Origin: Lama glama
Lineage: Eukaryota
Reading direction: 5' to 3'
Length of the DNA stretch: 64,000 bases
NCBI GenBank assembly: GCA_028534125.1
Contig: CM052817.1
Coordinates: 75,518,001 to 75,582,000, forward strand
The notes beneath the pieces are model-generated. The model saw only the letters and a program-made list of their open reading frames with translations, was not told the origin of the DNA and searched no databases. A program made the translations under genes and the position numbers. Below, piece after piece: positions 40,990 through 54,039 of the stretch (its first letter is position 1; each line of letters begins with the position of its first letter).

Positions 40990-41297
40990 TATGCCAAGTG
41001 GTTTATCGTCAATATACCACTTCCTCCTTTAAAAAATATATATTTCCTTTGTCCTGTTTCCTGTTTCCATCTCACCCTTTACCATCCTAGGCAACCATTC
41101 TAATGCTTTTGGTAGTTACACTTTTGAGTGTATATGTTTTGTACAACATGTGGCTATTGTCTTTAATTTACATAAATGGAATCATAAAATAACTTTATTT
41201 TTTTAAGGTTTTTTTCTTCCCACTTGGCACTGTTTTATGTCCATCCATGTAGTTTTATGTCCATTAATTCTAGTTGTCTGTTAGTATTTCACAGCAT
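40990..41297 (-). mobile_element. L1ME-like 3' fragment
   Basis: cctaggcaaccattcta...acataaatggaatcata...ccatccatgt. Confidence 0.6.
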
Positions 41298-41781
41298 TGT
41301 TCAACAAAAAAATTCATGATACTTGTTAAAGATGGTAAAACAGACTTTATTCAAAGTGGAGTATTGTGATAGGTGTAGGCACCACTGCCATGAGTCTTGC
41401 ACTAGGTGAGAGAGATTGGGCTCAACTCCAAATACCAGAAAGAGTGGGAATTTATAGCCAAGATGTTATGAGTGAGGGTAAATGGACTGAAAATTACTGA
41501 GAAGAACCATCAGAGGTAAAGGTATGTATTGGCTAAACCAATCTAACAAGATTCCTACTGAAGGCAGGATACTACCTGGAGAGTAGTGGAGGATTAGGAA
41601 TCCAGTTAGATATTGAGGGTGATCAGATATGAAAGATGGGGGCTTCTGCTAAACTGACTTAGCATGATTCTTGCTAAAATTGAACAATGCAGAAATGAAC
41701 ACAAAAGTCTAAAGCTGAGGACTAGTTGAGAAAGAACTCAAAGGAGCCTGGGTAGAGTTTGGTCAAGGGCAGACTCTGTCA
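41298..41781 (-). mobile_element. MER31-like ERV1 solo LTR with 4-bp TSD
   Basis: gatacttgttaaag...agactttattc...gagagattgggctcaactcc...gtttggtcaagggcagactctgtca; gcat on both flanks (41294-41297 and 41782-41785). Confidence 0.87.
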
Positions 41782-41838
41782 GCATTCAAACATTAGTTGT
41801 GGCACCTAATTTATCTACTAGGAGAATTATTATATTAG

Positions 41839-42090
41839 GTGTGGACAGATAGATAACCTCTATGAAAGTAAGTAAAGGAAAACCACATTTTAAAATGGAC
41901 TCGGGGAGCCCTGAAGGGGAAGCTCTCAAGCACAGAACACTCTTGCAGCCTGCGTAAGCAGCAGGAAGAAGGAAGATAAGAATGTTGCTTTTCTTCTGGT
42001 ACAAGGGAGGACACTGATCAAATGGAGATTTAATCTGCTTTTAACTTCCTCTTGCAGAAAATGAGCAAATCCACAACCTCAAACCCTTTT
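41839..42090 (+). mobile_element. Probable LTR 5' (U3) fragment
   Basis: Starts TG and contains aaaatggactc, the sense form of the U3 motif seen antisense at 40635; truncated by the adjacent L1. Confidence 0.45.
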
Positions 42091-42126
42091 TTAATTTAAT
42101 TTAATTCAAAAATTTTCTGTGTAGTC

Positions 42127-42845
42127 TTTTTTTTTAATTGAAGTATACTCAGTTTACAATGTGTCAATTTCTGGTGTACAGCAAAATGTTTCAGCCATAC
42201 ATATATACATATATTTGTTTTAATAATTTTTTCATTATAGGTTACTACAATATATTGAATATAATTTCCTTTGCTATACAGGCGAAACTTAATTTATCTA
42301 TTTTATATAAACTAGCTAATATATGCAAATCTTGAACTCCCGATTTATCCCTTCCTATCCCCACATTACACACTGGTAATCATAAGATTGTTTCCTATAT
42401 CTGTGACTCTGTTTCTGTTTTGTAGGTAAATTCCTTAGTGTCTTCTTTTTTCCTTTTTTTAGATTCCACTAAAGTGATATCATATGATATTTTTCTTTCT
42501 CTTTCTGGCTTGTATCACTCAGAATGATGGTCTCCAGGTCCATCCATGTTGCTGCATGTGGCATTATCTTATTCTCTTTAATGGCTGAGTAGTATTCTGT
42601 TGTATAAATCTACCACAACTTCTTTATCCAGTCATCTGTTGATGGATATTTAGGTTGTTTCCATGTTATGGCTATTGTAAATAGTACTGCTGTGAACACT
42701 GAGGTGCTTGTATCTTTTTGAATTAGAGTTCCCTCTGGATATATGCCCAGGAGTGGGATTGCTGGATCATAGGGTAAGTCTATTTTTAGTATTTTGTGGA
42801 ATCTCCATACTGTTTTCCATAATGGCTGTACCAAACTACATTCCC
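42127..42845 (-). mobile_element. Young 5'-truncated L1 (ORF2 C-terminus and 3'UTR)
   Basis: ORF 42610-42834 VQPLWKTVWRF..LKIDLPYDPAIPLLGIYP...WKQPKYPSTDDWIKKLW is the L1 ORF2p C-terminus; poly-T at the left end. Confidence 0.95.
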
Positions 42846-43049
42846 AGCTTTGTCAATAGTATCCTTCAGTGAATGGAAGTCTTCTTTGTAGTCTTCATTT
42901 AAAAAAAAAAATTTAATATGCTTGTGCTTTTGAGTTTTTGAGTTATCTACAAAAAATTTTATAATTTTCTATTTCCTTCTCTTGCCTCATTATACTCCTA
43001 GAACACATGATATTAATACATGATATTAAATTTATATTAATTTTCTTAT

Positions 43050-43170
43050 TTGTATTCTCAGTCTTTTTCTCTGTTGTAACTTAAGCTTCATGAGGGTGGA
43101 GACCTTATTTTGTTCTCCACTATATCTCTTGTCATTTAATATAAATTCAGTATGTTTTAAATAAATTAAT
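43050..43170 (+). mobile_element. L2 3' end
   Basis: taagcttcatgagggtggagaccttattttgttctccactatatct. Confidence 0.6.
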
Positions 43171-45978
43171 TAGTAAATCTTCAGTTGCTAGGAAATATAC
43201 ACTGGTGAAGATTTGATCATATAGATACCTTGAAAGAAATTAAATGAATACCAGTCTACATTTTGAATTCAAACTTAGAAGAGAAAACACAGTAAAGAAT
43301 AAAATAATAATTAGAATCCTAACATTTAAGCATTGGTTGTTGTGACTATCATTACTACTCTTCAAAACCAAAGGGCATAACTTAAAAAGAAAATTTTAAA
43401 AGTGCAAAAATACTTAGTATGTATTCCATTCAAATATTTTAGTAAGTACAAAGCATCTCAAACCTAGATGAGTTAATCAGTTGCATAGAAAGTTGTTTGC
43501 TTGAATCACATGTTAAAAGTATATGCAAACAACGATTTAGCCTAAAAATATGATTACTTAAATAACAAAAACTTGTAAGACTTTTACATCAAAGTGTAAC
43601 ACAAGGTATTTATCAAAAATAATATCAAAGGGGTAAAAATATTAGAGCAAGTATTCTCTAAGAAAATTGAGCTTTAATGTATTCATAATTTCTCTTTATC
43701 CATGTTACATACACATGTTTTTTGCTTTTGTTTTTATCACTAGCTTGGGGTTTCATGTTTGGAGAAGGATAAGGATCATCTTGAGTTTACATTATAGCAT
43801 GTTCTCTTAAATTTTGAAAGTTAGTGATGGTCCAAAATGATTTTCAAAAACTGATTAGAAGATTCTACTACAAATCACGACCAGGGACTGGGGTTTTCTC
43901 TTGCTCTTCCCTTTCCAAAACAAAACAAACAAAATGATAAAGTGTACCTGCTTACAAAATCATTGAACCCTGACTGTATGCTTTACACACTGATGAATTT
44001 GTCCAGAAAAGCACAGTAGTGTTTTTTAGAATATAATGAAATTTAGAGACGATTTAAACTCACTTGTTCTTTTTAATGATGAAGTATACTTTATCTGCAA
44101 ATTCTTATCCCATTCATGTCTTCTCACATTAACCACAGTTAACTGCTTAACAGTTTATTTGTTTAAACTTAGCATCCCTTTAAAAAGAAATTCTCAGTTT
44201 TGTGATAAAAACATGCTAACAAGGCATCTCTTTTATTCAGAGATATTTTTAGAGACAAGATTGTTCTATTCACCTTTAGAAATCTCTGTTAGTAAAACTA
44301 TATTATACTCCAGGAAAAATAAATGAATTTAATAAAAATTACATCAGATGATTTAAGAGTTGTGGAGTTAACAAACTGAATTGGAATCTCAACAGTGGTT
44401 ACTTACACAGTATGTGTTTATTTTAATTACTGATAGGTCCTTTGAGATTAACACTTAAATAAAGGGAGAAATGTTTCCTTATGTTGTGTGCCAGGAAGAC
44501 TCATGAATAACACATACACATTTGCCCACCTAGTACCTGCATTTTAATCAGTCACCTTCTGTCATGTAGTAATGCATTTATACATCTGTTGTATGATTTA
44601 ATTATTAGTTGCACTCCAATGAGTAATAGGCATATAAAATTATAATATCTGTAATGCAAAAATTGAAAATTCAAAGAAAGATTTTTTTCTTTTGTAAATG
44701 TATGTCATATTGCTCTTAAAATCTTGAGTTTAAATATAAGAATTAAGTAGTTTTTTTTTTAACCTATTCCATCCATATAAAATTCATTGTGGGCCACTCA
44801 TGTTAGAGATTTAGACCCAAATATTAAACTGAGGACACCTTCTAATTAAATAATATTAAAAATGCAGTCATTCCACTGGAATTAAAAGTTATATATTTAT
44901 AGAAATATTACTTTGTATATTAGGGGATACTTATCTTTGGATTCTGTAAGCTTGCTTTAAGATACTTATCAAAAAAATTAACAGTTTTTATTATTTTGAA
45001 ATTATCTTCATTACAAAGCAAAAATTTATATTTGTAAAAATGTAAACAAGGGAACAGGAAAAAAAAATAGAGTTAAAGTCTTCCTAGCCCCAACCCTACT
45101 TAACTTGTAAGGAAATTGTCCTGTCCCTTTTCTTTCAAAAAATACCTTCAAAATTTTAACAATTTGCAGCTCTGTCTCTCTATCATCCATTAGTCTGAAT
45201 GCATTTGGAATGATTCTAGAATACATTATATTAGGAATTACATGTTCGTGAAGCGTATGTAGAAGTAAACCATGAAAGATGCCTGACTCTCATGGCTTTG
45301 TTTTTTTTTTTTTTTTTTTTAGTTTATTTGTGAACTTTACTTTCTTCATGCATAATCACTTTACTAAAGTTTATTAACCATTCCTTAGTTTATTTTTCCA
45401 GAAAAAAGTATTATTTTTTTCTAACATCAGGTTTGCCAATTAAAAAATGTCTACAGATGATAGAGTGGTAATATAATCCAGTAAAGTGGCCTGGATTTAT
45501 CGATGCCTGTGTTCCTATAATCTACCACATTCTTGCTCATTTTTCTCATAACACCCAAAATTCTATGCAGAAATTTTATTTTTAGAGTTTTATAATGATG
45601 TAGATATGAATGATTTCTCACTTTAGTCTTTTTTAAAATCTAAAAAATAATGCAAAAAAAACCAGTTTCTACATTTTCTCTTGACCACAATGTTAAGTGC
45701 AAATTGGGAAATGGCAGTACTGCGGCAAACAAGTAACTACATGTTCCATCCAAAATATGCAGCTACTATTTAGCTTCATGGAAAAATGCAGTCCCCATAC
45801 TGATGGGGTTTCAATTTTTTTTTAAGATATACTGAAGATTCTTATTTTGATTTGGAATCTATTGAATTGTGATTTTGGAAGTAAATTATAATTTATTTAA
45901 AACACTGTGTTATCTAACAGGTACAAAATTTGATAGTGAGTTTTGCTTTCAATTTTAAAGTTTATAGTATGATAATTC

Positions 45979-46715
45979 TTTTTTTAATTGAAGTACAGTT
46001 GGTTTGCAATGTTATGTTATATTCTGATGTACAGCATAGTGATTCTGTCATATATACATGTATATACATATTCCTTTACATATTTTTTTCATTATAAGCT
46101 ATTATAAGGTATTGAATATAGTTCTCTGCACTGTAGAGTAGAACTTTGTTATTTATTTATTTTATATATCTGCAAATTCCAAACTCCCAATTTATCCCTC
46201 CACCCTCCCCTTTTCCCCCTGGTAATCATAAGTTTGTTTTCTATGTTTCTGCGTCTGCTTCTATTTTGTAAATAAGTTCATTTGTGTCATGTTTTTTAGA
46301 TTCCACATATAAATGATATCATATGATATTCTTCTTTCTCTTTCTAGCTTACCTTACTTAGTATGACAACCTCCAAGTTCATCCATGTTGCTGCAAATGT
46401 CATTATTTACTCTTTTTTGTGGCTAAGTAGTTTTCCATTGTATATATGTATATACCACAGCTGCTTTTTTTTTCAGCTTTTATTTTTTTAATATTTTTCT
46501 GCTTGTATCAGATATTTTATTTGTAGAATTCTGCAATTTTCCTTTTATTTGTTGTTGAATTTTAGTCAGATTAGAATGTTGTGTCAGTTTTACCTCAACT
46601 TCTTTATCTAATCATCTGTCAGTGGACATTTAGGTTGCCTATTGTAAAGAGTGCTTCTATGAGTACATGTAAATAGTGCATGTATATTTTCAAATTAGAG
46701 CTTCCTCCAGATATA
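45979..46715 (-). mobile_element. 5'-truncated L1 3' end containing a nested insertion at 46468-46590
   Basis: Collinear with the 42.1-kb copy (ttgaagtacagttggtttgcaatgtt...tagattccacatataaatgatatcatatgatatt...gtggacatttaggttg). Confidence 0.9.
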
Positions 46716-47084
46716 TAATTTTTTAAAAGAATTAAGCCTTTACTTCCTTGTTTCACAAATAAAGATGGCTGTGTTGTATAATAATATTGTAATAGTAATG
46801 TCAATATATTTTTTAACTCCAGTTGTGTGTATCAGTATAAACTTATTATATTCCTAATATAGTTTAGTCTTTTTAATTCTACTGAATTTATTTTAATTTT
46901 TAAGTTGGTCAGAATTACCAAAAATATTACCAGTTAATATTGATCTTTTATTTTTGTGTATTAAATCTTATTTTCCATATATATCCCTTTTTAATATAAA
47001 ATTAACTTATTTTAGAATGTACTTTGTGTTCACAGTTATCTTTATTAATATTTTAAAAAATATATGATGTACTTCTATTTTCAA

Positions 47085-48640
47085 CTATGATGCAGTGATT
47101 GGTAGAAACTGATGCTCTTGCAGATAATAACTAAAAATGTTGGTAATAATGTAACTAAAATAAAATACTTCTTTGAGTCATTGGAGAACTTTTGAGGAAG
47201 TCAGAATTTAATGAGACCAAAATATCTTAGAAAACCAATGCACATGGAGTGTATATGCTGATTTTAGTTTGACTCCATGTGCCAAGCTGCAGGGGAAAAA
47301 AGCTATAGAGTCAGAGTTGCCAATGAGAGGTGATAATCCAACTGAGCTTTCAGTGATAATGTGAACCAGAGCAGGGGAAAAAAAAAGGGGGTGGGGGGAC
47401 CTTAGACTTGCCAAAGTAGCAGGCTTGATCGAACTAGATCTTAGATTTTAGGGATATGGGAAGCACAGAAAGATGTGGAGAACATACCAGTCTGAGTTTT
47501 TTCTGTCAAAGATGTTCAAGTCTAGACGTTAAAAACATGAAAAGAGGTCAGATTTCTGCTTCTATGAAGACAAAGCAGACATAATTTTCCCACTTCTTCA
47601 GCAATGAACAATCCTGGAAATTATATATTAACACAAACTTGTAATGTCTCTGAAAGTTGGACAGAGCAGCTAAAGGACTAGGACCCAAGCAATAACATAG
47701 AGATAAATTTCCTGAATTGGATATTTTCCTCATATACCCTAGATTTGGAGTGGAAGAAGTTCAGCAGCCTAGAAATGCCGAAAGAGGCAGATAAAAATGA
47801 CCAAACAAGAGCCTCCTTTCTCTAGTCAAAAGACAAGAAATACAAAAAACTAGCAAGACAGAAAGATTGTAGAAAAATAAATGCAAAATACCACAAAGAA
47901 TTCTAGCCTCATACTCACCCATGCCAACAAAGGCCAACTGAGTAACCTAGAACTAGTTATCCTACACTGCCCAGATGTCAAAAAAAGCTGAATAGGGAGC
48001 TAGGGACTTCTATCCGCACCAGGCAGTGACATAATGAGGACCTGATGGCTTTCTCAAATATGTTAATTTAGGTCAAATGGATATTCACGAGATAAAAAAT
48101 GAATCTTGCACCCACCACTGACACAGTATCAATTCTAAAAAGATCATAAGGGGAGGAGGATATAGCTCAAGTGGTAGAGTGCATGCTTAGCATACACAAG
48201 GTCCTGGGACCTCCTCTAGAAACAAACAAACAAGTAAATAACCTAATTACCTCCCCCATAAATAAATACGTAAATAAATAAATATACAAAAATACCTAAA
48301 TGTGACGGTAAAAACAGCACCTTTTGAAAAATAATCATAGGTCAATATCTTTAGTTACTTTGAGTAGTGAACAATATATTAAATAGGACATTAAGTGTAC
48401 TAACCATAAAAGAAACATTGATAAATTGAGCTACATTAATATCAAGAACTTATGTCTTCAAAAAATACCATTAAGAGAGTGATTTGGCAAACCACAGAAT
48501 GAAAGAAGCTACTTGTAATACGTAAGGTTGATAATATATTCTGTGAAGAATATATAAAGAACCAAAATAAATCAATAAGAGAAAGAGCAACAACACAGTA
48601 GAAAACGAGGAGAAATAGTCCATATAATGTATCATCAAAG
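47085..48640 (+). mobile_element. Old L1 5'-region and ORF2 fragments
   Basis: 5' region starting acttctattttcaactatgatgcagtg; ORF2-like aaccataaaagaaacattgataaattgagctacattaatatcaagaactt...ccacagaatgaaagaag. Confidence 0.65.
48150..48292 (+). mobile_element. tRNA-derived SINE, Vic-1-like (long-tail form, B-box region deleted)
   Basis: ggggaggaggatatagctcaagtggtagagtgcatgcttagcatacacaaggtcctgggacctcc...acctaattacctccccc plus (taaa)n tail. Confidence 0.88.
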
Positions 48641-48990
48641 CTGTTGCTGTAGGCAATCAAGGCTCAATTATCTGGGACCTCTAAGAATTTTATGAGAAGT
48701 TTCCCAGAAAGTTCACCCTGACAGATTGGAAGCTGAATTGTATTTCATTCTTCTTTGAGTTAGGGAGGTAGGATTAACTGCTCCACATTTTTGGGTTGCC
48801 CTTGTATGCAGAGAGAAATAGTTCTCTTGATGATAGAGAATTCTTTGAGGCAGCATGTGGAAAAATGCTTGGCATTGCTTAAGACATTGTCAGTGAAAGG
48901 AGAGTTGGACCTGTCTGTAACAGCTGCATCCCAAATCAAAGATGGAGGAATGTGATATCACGAGGGCACTGAAGAAGTCTGCTGCATCAT
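48640..48990 (-). mobile_element. Old ERVL LTR fragment (LTR33-like)
   Basis: gtaggcaatcaaggctcaattatctgggacctct...cccagaaagttcaccctga resembles recalled ERVL LTR sequence. Confidence 0.45.
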
Positions 48991-51900
48991 CAGTTAGGTG
49001 CATTGCTAAAAAACAAATGAACTAAGGAGTAGAGGAAGGAACGATTTAAAAGATTACCCTGGACTTGTCTATGAAAATGGACAACTTCTATGTTTTCTGC
49101 TTTTGGGGATAGTATAGCCATTATTTAACTATTCATGCAATGTGGGATGGTGCCTATATTAAGTCACTATTTCTATTTACATGAATTTTATCGTGCATTA
49201 TATTATTAGTTAGCATAGCTACATAAAAATTTCAAAGTAAAATTTTGATCTCAAAAGAAGATGAATATTTTGAAAAATAATATAAACTGGTATTTAATAT
49301 TTGTCTAATTATGGATATATATTCAAGATATCACATAGTTCTTTTTTAACATTCCATTTTGGCTATGAAAGTGTTTAAAATATAAGACAAAATTAATGTG
49401 GAAAAAGCAATCAGTTTAACTTTTTCATTTCTTTTACCCCAAATATAATTTTAAAATATTATACACCATGTATGTACAGGAAATAGAATTACAGAAAAAA
49501 ATGATTTCCTATATTCAATATATTTAGGAGATATCATTAAATTCAATTTTAGTTTCTTATGTGGATATTTTCCTCATACTTTGTTCTCTAAATAATATAT
49601 TTATTAATTTCTTTTTTTCTGAATAATAACACTGTCATAGCACCAGATGGGTATCATGGCATTTAATAAGTAAGAATTGATGCTTGAGTTTATTTTATAG
49701 CAATGACTTGAACATCATTGGAATTGAACTCATCATAAAATACTTGTATTAAAGAAATAGCCGTGACATATTAGTGGTAAAAAAAAAAAATACAATCTTT
49801 AGAAAATAAACAGTTTACTAAAATATTATTTTTATGTTAGAGAAACTCTGAATATAACTTCATAAAAGAAGAAGTAATGCTAAAATGATAGATTCAATCT
49901 AACATTTGGATACATGTGTGATACAAATACTTACATTGATATTTTCTGTTATGCAAAGTCATTGGTTATCTGGACAAGATTTTTTTTCCGAAGATGAAGT
50001 GATATTTACAGATGGATATACCCTTTTTGTTTATTCCAAAGCCTTTAAAATCTAAAATTTTCTTTTAAAATGTTAAGTATAATGAATTCCTATTTTATAT
50101 ATGTCATTATCATAGTACTCAGTTCTGCATCTATACACAAATGTGTACTCTTGGGTCTGTGAAAAGCACTTCCCAGTACACTTACATGCATTTTCCCTAT
50201 AAGGCTAGAATTATATAAGCAGGGAATTTATTTTACACATCATACTACTTAAATTTATATCTTAGCATTGATTATACATAACCACAGCTAATTGGTTAAG
50301 TGCTGTGTACTAGCTATTTAACAATATTGTTTGAATTTGTTTCAGTGATTCTTCAGTGTTAATAAACTCAAAACAGAAAGCAATTATGACTGAAATAATA
50401 TACCAAATAGAACATATAGATGTGAGTTTTTATTTCTAAAACTTAGTAGACAAAGAAATTCTGACTACAACAGTAATTTGAGAAGACTAAATTATTTTGC
50501 AACTTTATCAAAGTCTCAACTATAAATAAATTTTTTTCAGTGATGAAAAGTCCTCAATAACATTGATTGATCCACATTTTTAAGGGCAAAAACAGCCATA
50601 TTTCAACAGAGAGTTTAGACGTTGATAAATTTATCACAAGGAAGCCTTTCTGGTATTCAACTCATACAACAGTGAAATGTTGCCTTTGTGAGAATTTACA
50701 ACCATAATATGAGATTCATAGCTCATCCTTTTATTTATTGTAGATGTCTCCTGAATACTAACAAAGTTATAAATGGTGAATTAAATCACAAAAATGTAGT
50801 TTCAATTCAATCTAAGTCTTCCCTTAAAGTAAAAAAACAAACAAAAAGTGCTTGGAAAATGATTATTAGTAACATAATTTGATTGTATAGCTTAATAATT
50901 TTATAGAAGTGAATATATATAAGGTTAAGTTACTTAACTCCATGAATCAGTTAGGATCATCAGGAAAAAATTCTTGAGAAACTTGAGGTATATATTTGAA
51001 ATAAGAAATCTATGTGACTATTTTTAGTGTGTGGAGCAAAGTATAGCTTTACAAAGTTTTTTGCTTTGATTATAATGTGAATCAATATGGAAATAGGTGT
51101 TGAAACATAATCTTAGGGAAAATAAATTTTATCTATTAAACTTAGATAATATGATATTGGAAAGGTCACCCTTCCTTATCAGATTAACTTGTGCCTTTTA
51201 AACAAGATTCAAACAATTTAGAATTTATACTGATTTTCTAAAATTATTTTTAAACTTCATCAAAAGTACTTAAAATAATTTTGATTTGATGCTACTACCT
51301 AAAAATCACATGTAATTAATTTAGCAATACTAAGGTCTACACCAAGAAACAGCTAAAAATATGTTTCAAGAAATATTTTACAGAAAAAAATTATGTAAAT
51401 CAACTAATTTTCTAATATAAGATAAAAAATATTCATTGTAATCTAGCTACAGTGAGACAATATTCTTTATAATACAAATGCACAAAAGACAGAAAGCCAC
51501 CTAGAATAGGAAAATGAAATGTCTATAATTAAAATGAGAATATATTGTAATTAGATAACATGTTCTTACATATTTTAGTCATTTCATCTTACATATTTTA
51601 GTCATTTCATACACACATATTTTTGAAATGTCTGCAATTTATGAATTGACAGTAAATTCTACAATGTAAAAATTTAAATGGCACAAAAAATTGTTAAAGT
51701 GAAATGCTCTCTTAGCCACTATACACTCCAAGTACCAGATTCTCCTTCACAAATCTGTTGTCATAAAAACAGAATCCAGAAATAATAATATAAAAATATA
51801 TAACTTATACTTTATAAAATGTCCACATATACAGAAATATGAAACTTGGGGAAGCAGAGGGGTGTTGTATTTTTCAGGGAAGGATGTAGGTATTAATGCA

Positions 51901-52519
51901 TTTGGAAACTTAATAGGAAACAACAAATATAAATATGGATCTTAAAATCTAACATAAGAAAAAACATAATATATATGATAAATAATAAAATTTAAACATT
52001 TGAAAGAAATTTTAATATATCAGATGGAAGACAAGAAGCAAGGAACAAAGGAAGAAAATTGTGTAGAAAATACCAAATATGGTGATTGACATAAGTCCTT
52101 AATTGATATGAATTATAATAAATATTGATGGGATAAAACTCAGTAACTAAAGGAAGGAAAATCACAGACTGATGATACAAGGAGTTGCTACAGCAATGAA
52201 GAATCATCTAAATCTAAAGGTTATAGCAAGTTCCAATATGAAGAAATGGACAGTGTGTAACAGGTACACATGACCTAAAAGAAAACTAAGTTACTGATTT
52301 TAATATCAGAAAATAAGAAAATTAAATGGTAGGAAAACATATCTCTATAGTGCAAATGGTTGGGGAGATACTATGTATTATAAAATAATAGATCATATAA
52401 TATTGCATTAAAAATAAATATACATGTGGCAATATGGTCTTAAAATATTTAAGGCAAGACTTTTATATTAGGAAAAAAAATAATTACAGGAATAAGACTT
52501 AGTTTTATCTCTTGAATAG

Positions 52520-53500
52520 ATAGCTACATTTTCCCATCATTCCTCTAAGCAGGATCTCCATGTTTGTATACAGTTCTGCTCCTTCTTGTCTAATCAAATC
52601 ATTAAACCAACAATTACCCTCTTTTTCTTTTCCATCATCAAGTTGTTGTTTTTTGTTTTGGGGTTTTTGTTTGTTTCTTTCTTTTTCATATCTGTCTGAG
52701 CATTCCTATCAGCATTTAAAATTTTTTTTCTCATAATCTTGAAATGCTCTTGAAACTGTTTCCTCATTGTATACTACTCTATTTCTTTGTTCCTTATGCA
52801 ACAAAATTTCTCACTCACCATTTTGATGTACATTGTCACCAATTCCTTATCACCCACTTTTTCTGAAGTCCACTCTAATCAGGCTCTTCTTTAAAGTAAT
52901 TAACAGAAACTCTAAAGTTAAGGTAATACTTGACTTCTGTGTTGCCTAATTTAGTGGCAAAATTTCAGTCCTTACGTACTTCTAAAAATTAACAAGACAT
53001 TTCACTCCCCTTTTTTATATCTTATCTTTGCTTGTAAGATACTACAACATTTTCTTTTCTTTTTGCCTCAGGCTCTAATCCTTTACAATCTTCTTTGCTG
53101 GTTTCTCCTCTTCTTCCCAACATAAGGATTAAATCTTTGCTACTATTCTCTATATATACATTTATTTGCTTGATGTTGCTATTTAGTCTCATGACTTTAA
53201 ATACTGTTTATATGCTCATGGTACTGTAATTATTCCAAGCTCTAACTTTTCCTTTAGTTTCCTTTAGTGCTTCTTTGATTTTTGTTGCTCCAACTGAATG
53301 CCTAGTAGATATCTGGGGAAAAATGCCCAAAAACTCTGATTATGAGTCTCCTAAAATAACAAAAGCAAAATGAAAAAAAAAATTGTCCATGTTTAGGTAC
53401 ACATCTCTTTAAAAAATGCATCGAGTTTTCTTTTACATCCCATATTGAATTCATCAACAAATTCTGTTGACTTTACCTTCATAATATATTAGAATCACAC
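52520..53500 (+). mobile_element. L2 LINE fragment
   Basis: ccactctaatcaggctc...gttgcctaatttagtggcaaaatttcagtcctta...tagtctcatgactttaaatactgtttatatgct...tcatcaacaaattctgttgactttaccttc. Confidence 0.75.
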
Positions 53501-53519
53501 CAATCAAACATGTAGTCAT

Positions 53520-53750
53520 GAAAACTACAATATCAGAGATGAAAAATACACAGGTTGGAATTAACAGTAGATTAGAAATTTTAGAAGAAAAGTTGAGTTA
53601 ACTTGAAGACATAGTAATATAAACTACCCAGAATAAAACACACAGTGAAAAATGAATATTAAAAAAGTATATTAGTGAGTTTTGGTAGAAATTCCAAACA
53701 CCTAATACGCATGTAATTGGAGTCTCTGAAAGAGAAAAGAGGGAGAGATG
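53520..53750 (+). mobile_element. Ancient L1 ORF1 fragment
   Basis: ggaattaacagtagattaga...aacttgaagacatagtaatataaactaccca...catgtaattggagtctctgaa. Confidence 0.7.
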
Positions 53751-53758
53751 TGCAGCAG

Positions 53759-54030
53759 TGTGGTGATTATATGTCAACTGGAAGACTAATTTTGAATGAG
53801 ATTAACATTTAAGTGAGTAGTCTATTAGTAAGCAGATTGCCTTCTATAATATGGATGAATTCATCCAGTCAATCAGTTGAAAGCTTGTAGAATGAAAAGG
53901 TATGCCTCCCTGAGCAGTAGGGAATCCTTCAACAGACTGATTTTGGTTTCATTTGCACCATCAGCTATCTTGGGTCTCTGCCTGCCAGGCATCATACTAA
54001 AACTGCACCACTGACTCTCTTAGGTCTCTA
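53759..54030 (+). mobile_element. MLT2-type (ERVL) LTR fragment
   Basis: tatgtcaactgg...atgagattaacattta...gtaagcagattgccttctataat...caatcagttgaa. Confidence 0.8.
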
Positions 54031-54039
54031 ATGGGTCTA

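Noticed and set aside
42610..42834. ORF with clear protein similarity as a host gene
   Set aside because: It is the L1 ORF2p C-terminus in a 5'-truncated copy.
48150..48225. tRNA-Ala(AGC) genes here and at 3180-3255 and 12736-12815
   Set aside because: Diverged, with indels and A-rich tails; these are SINE heads rather than tRNA genes.
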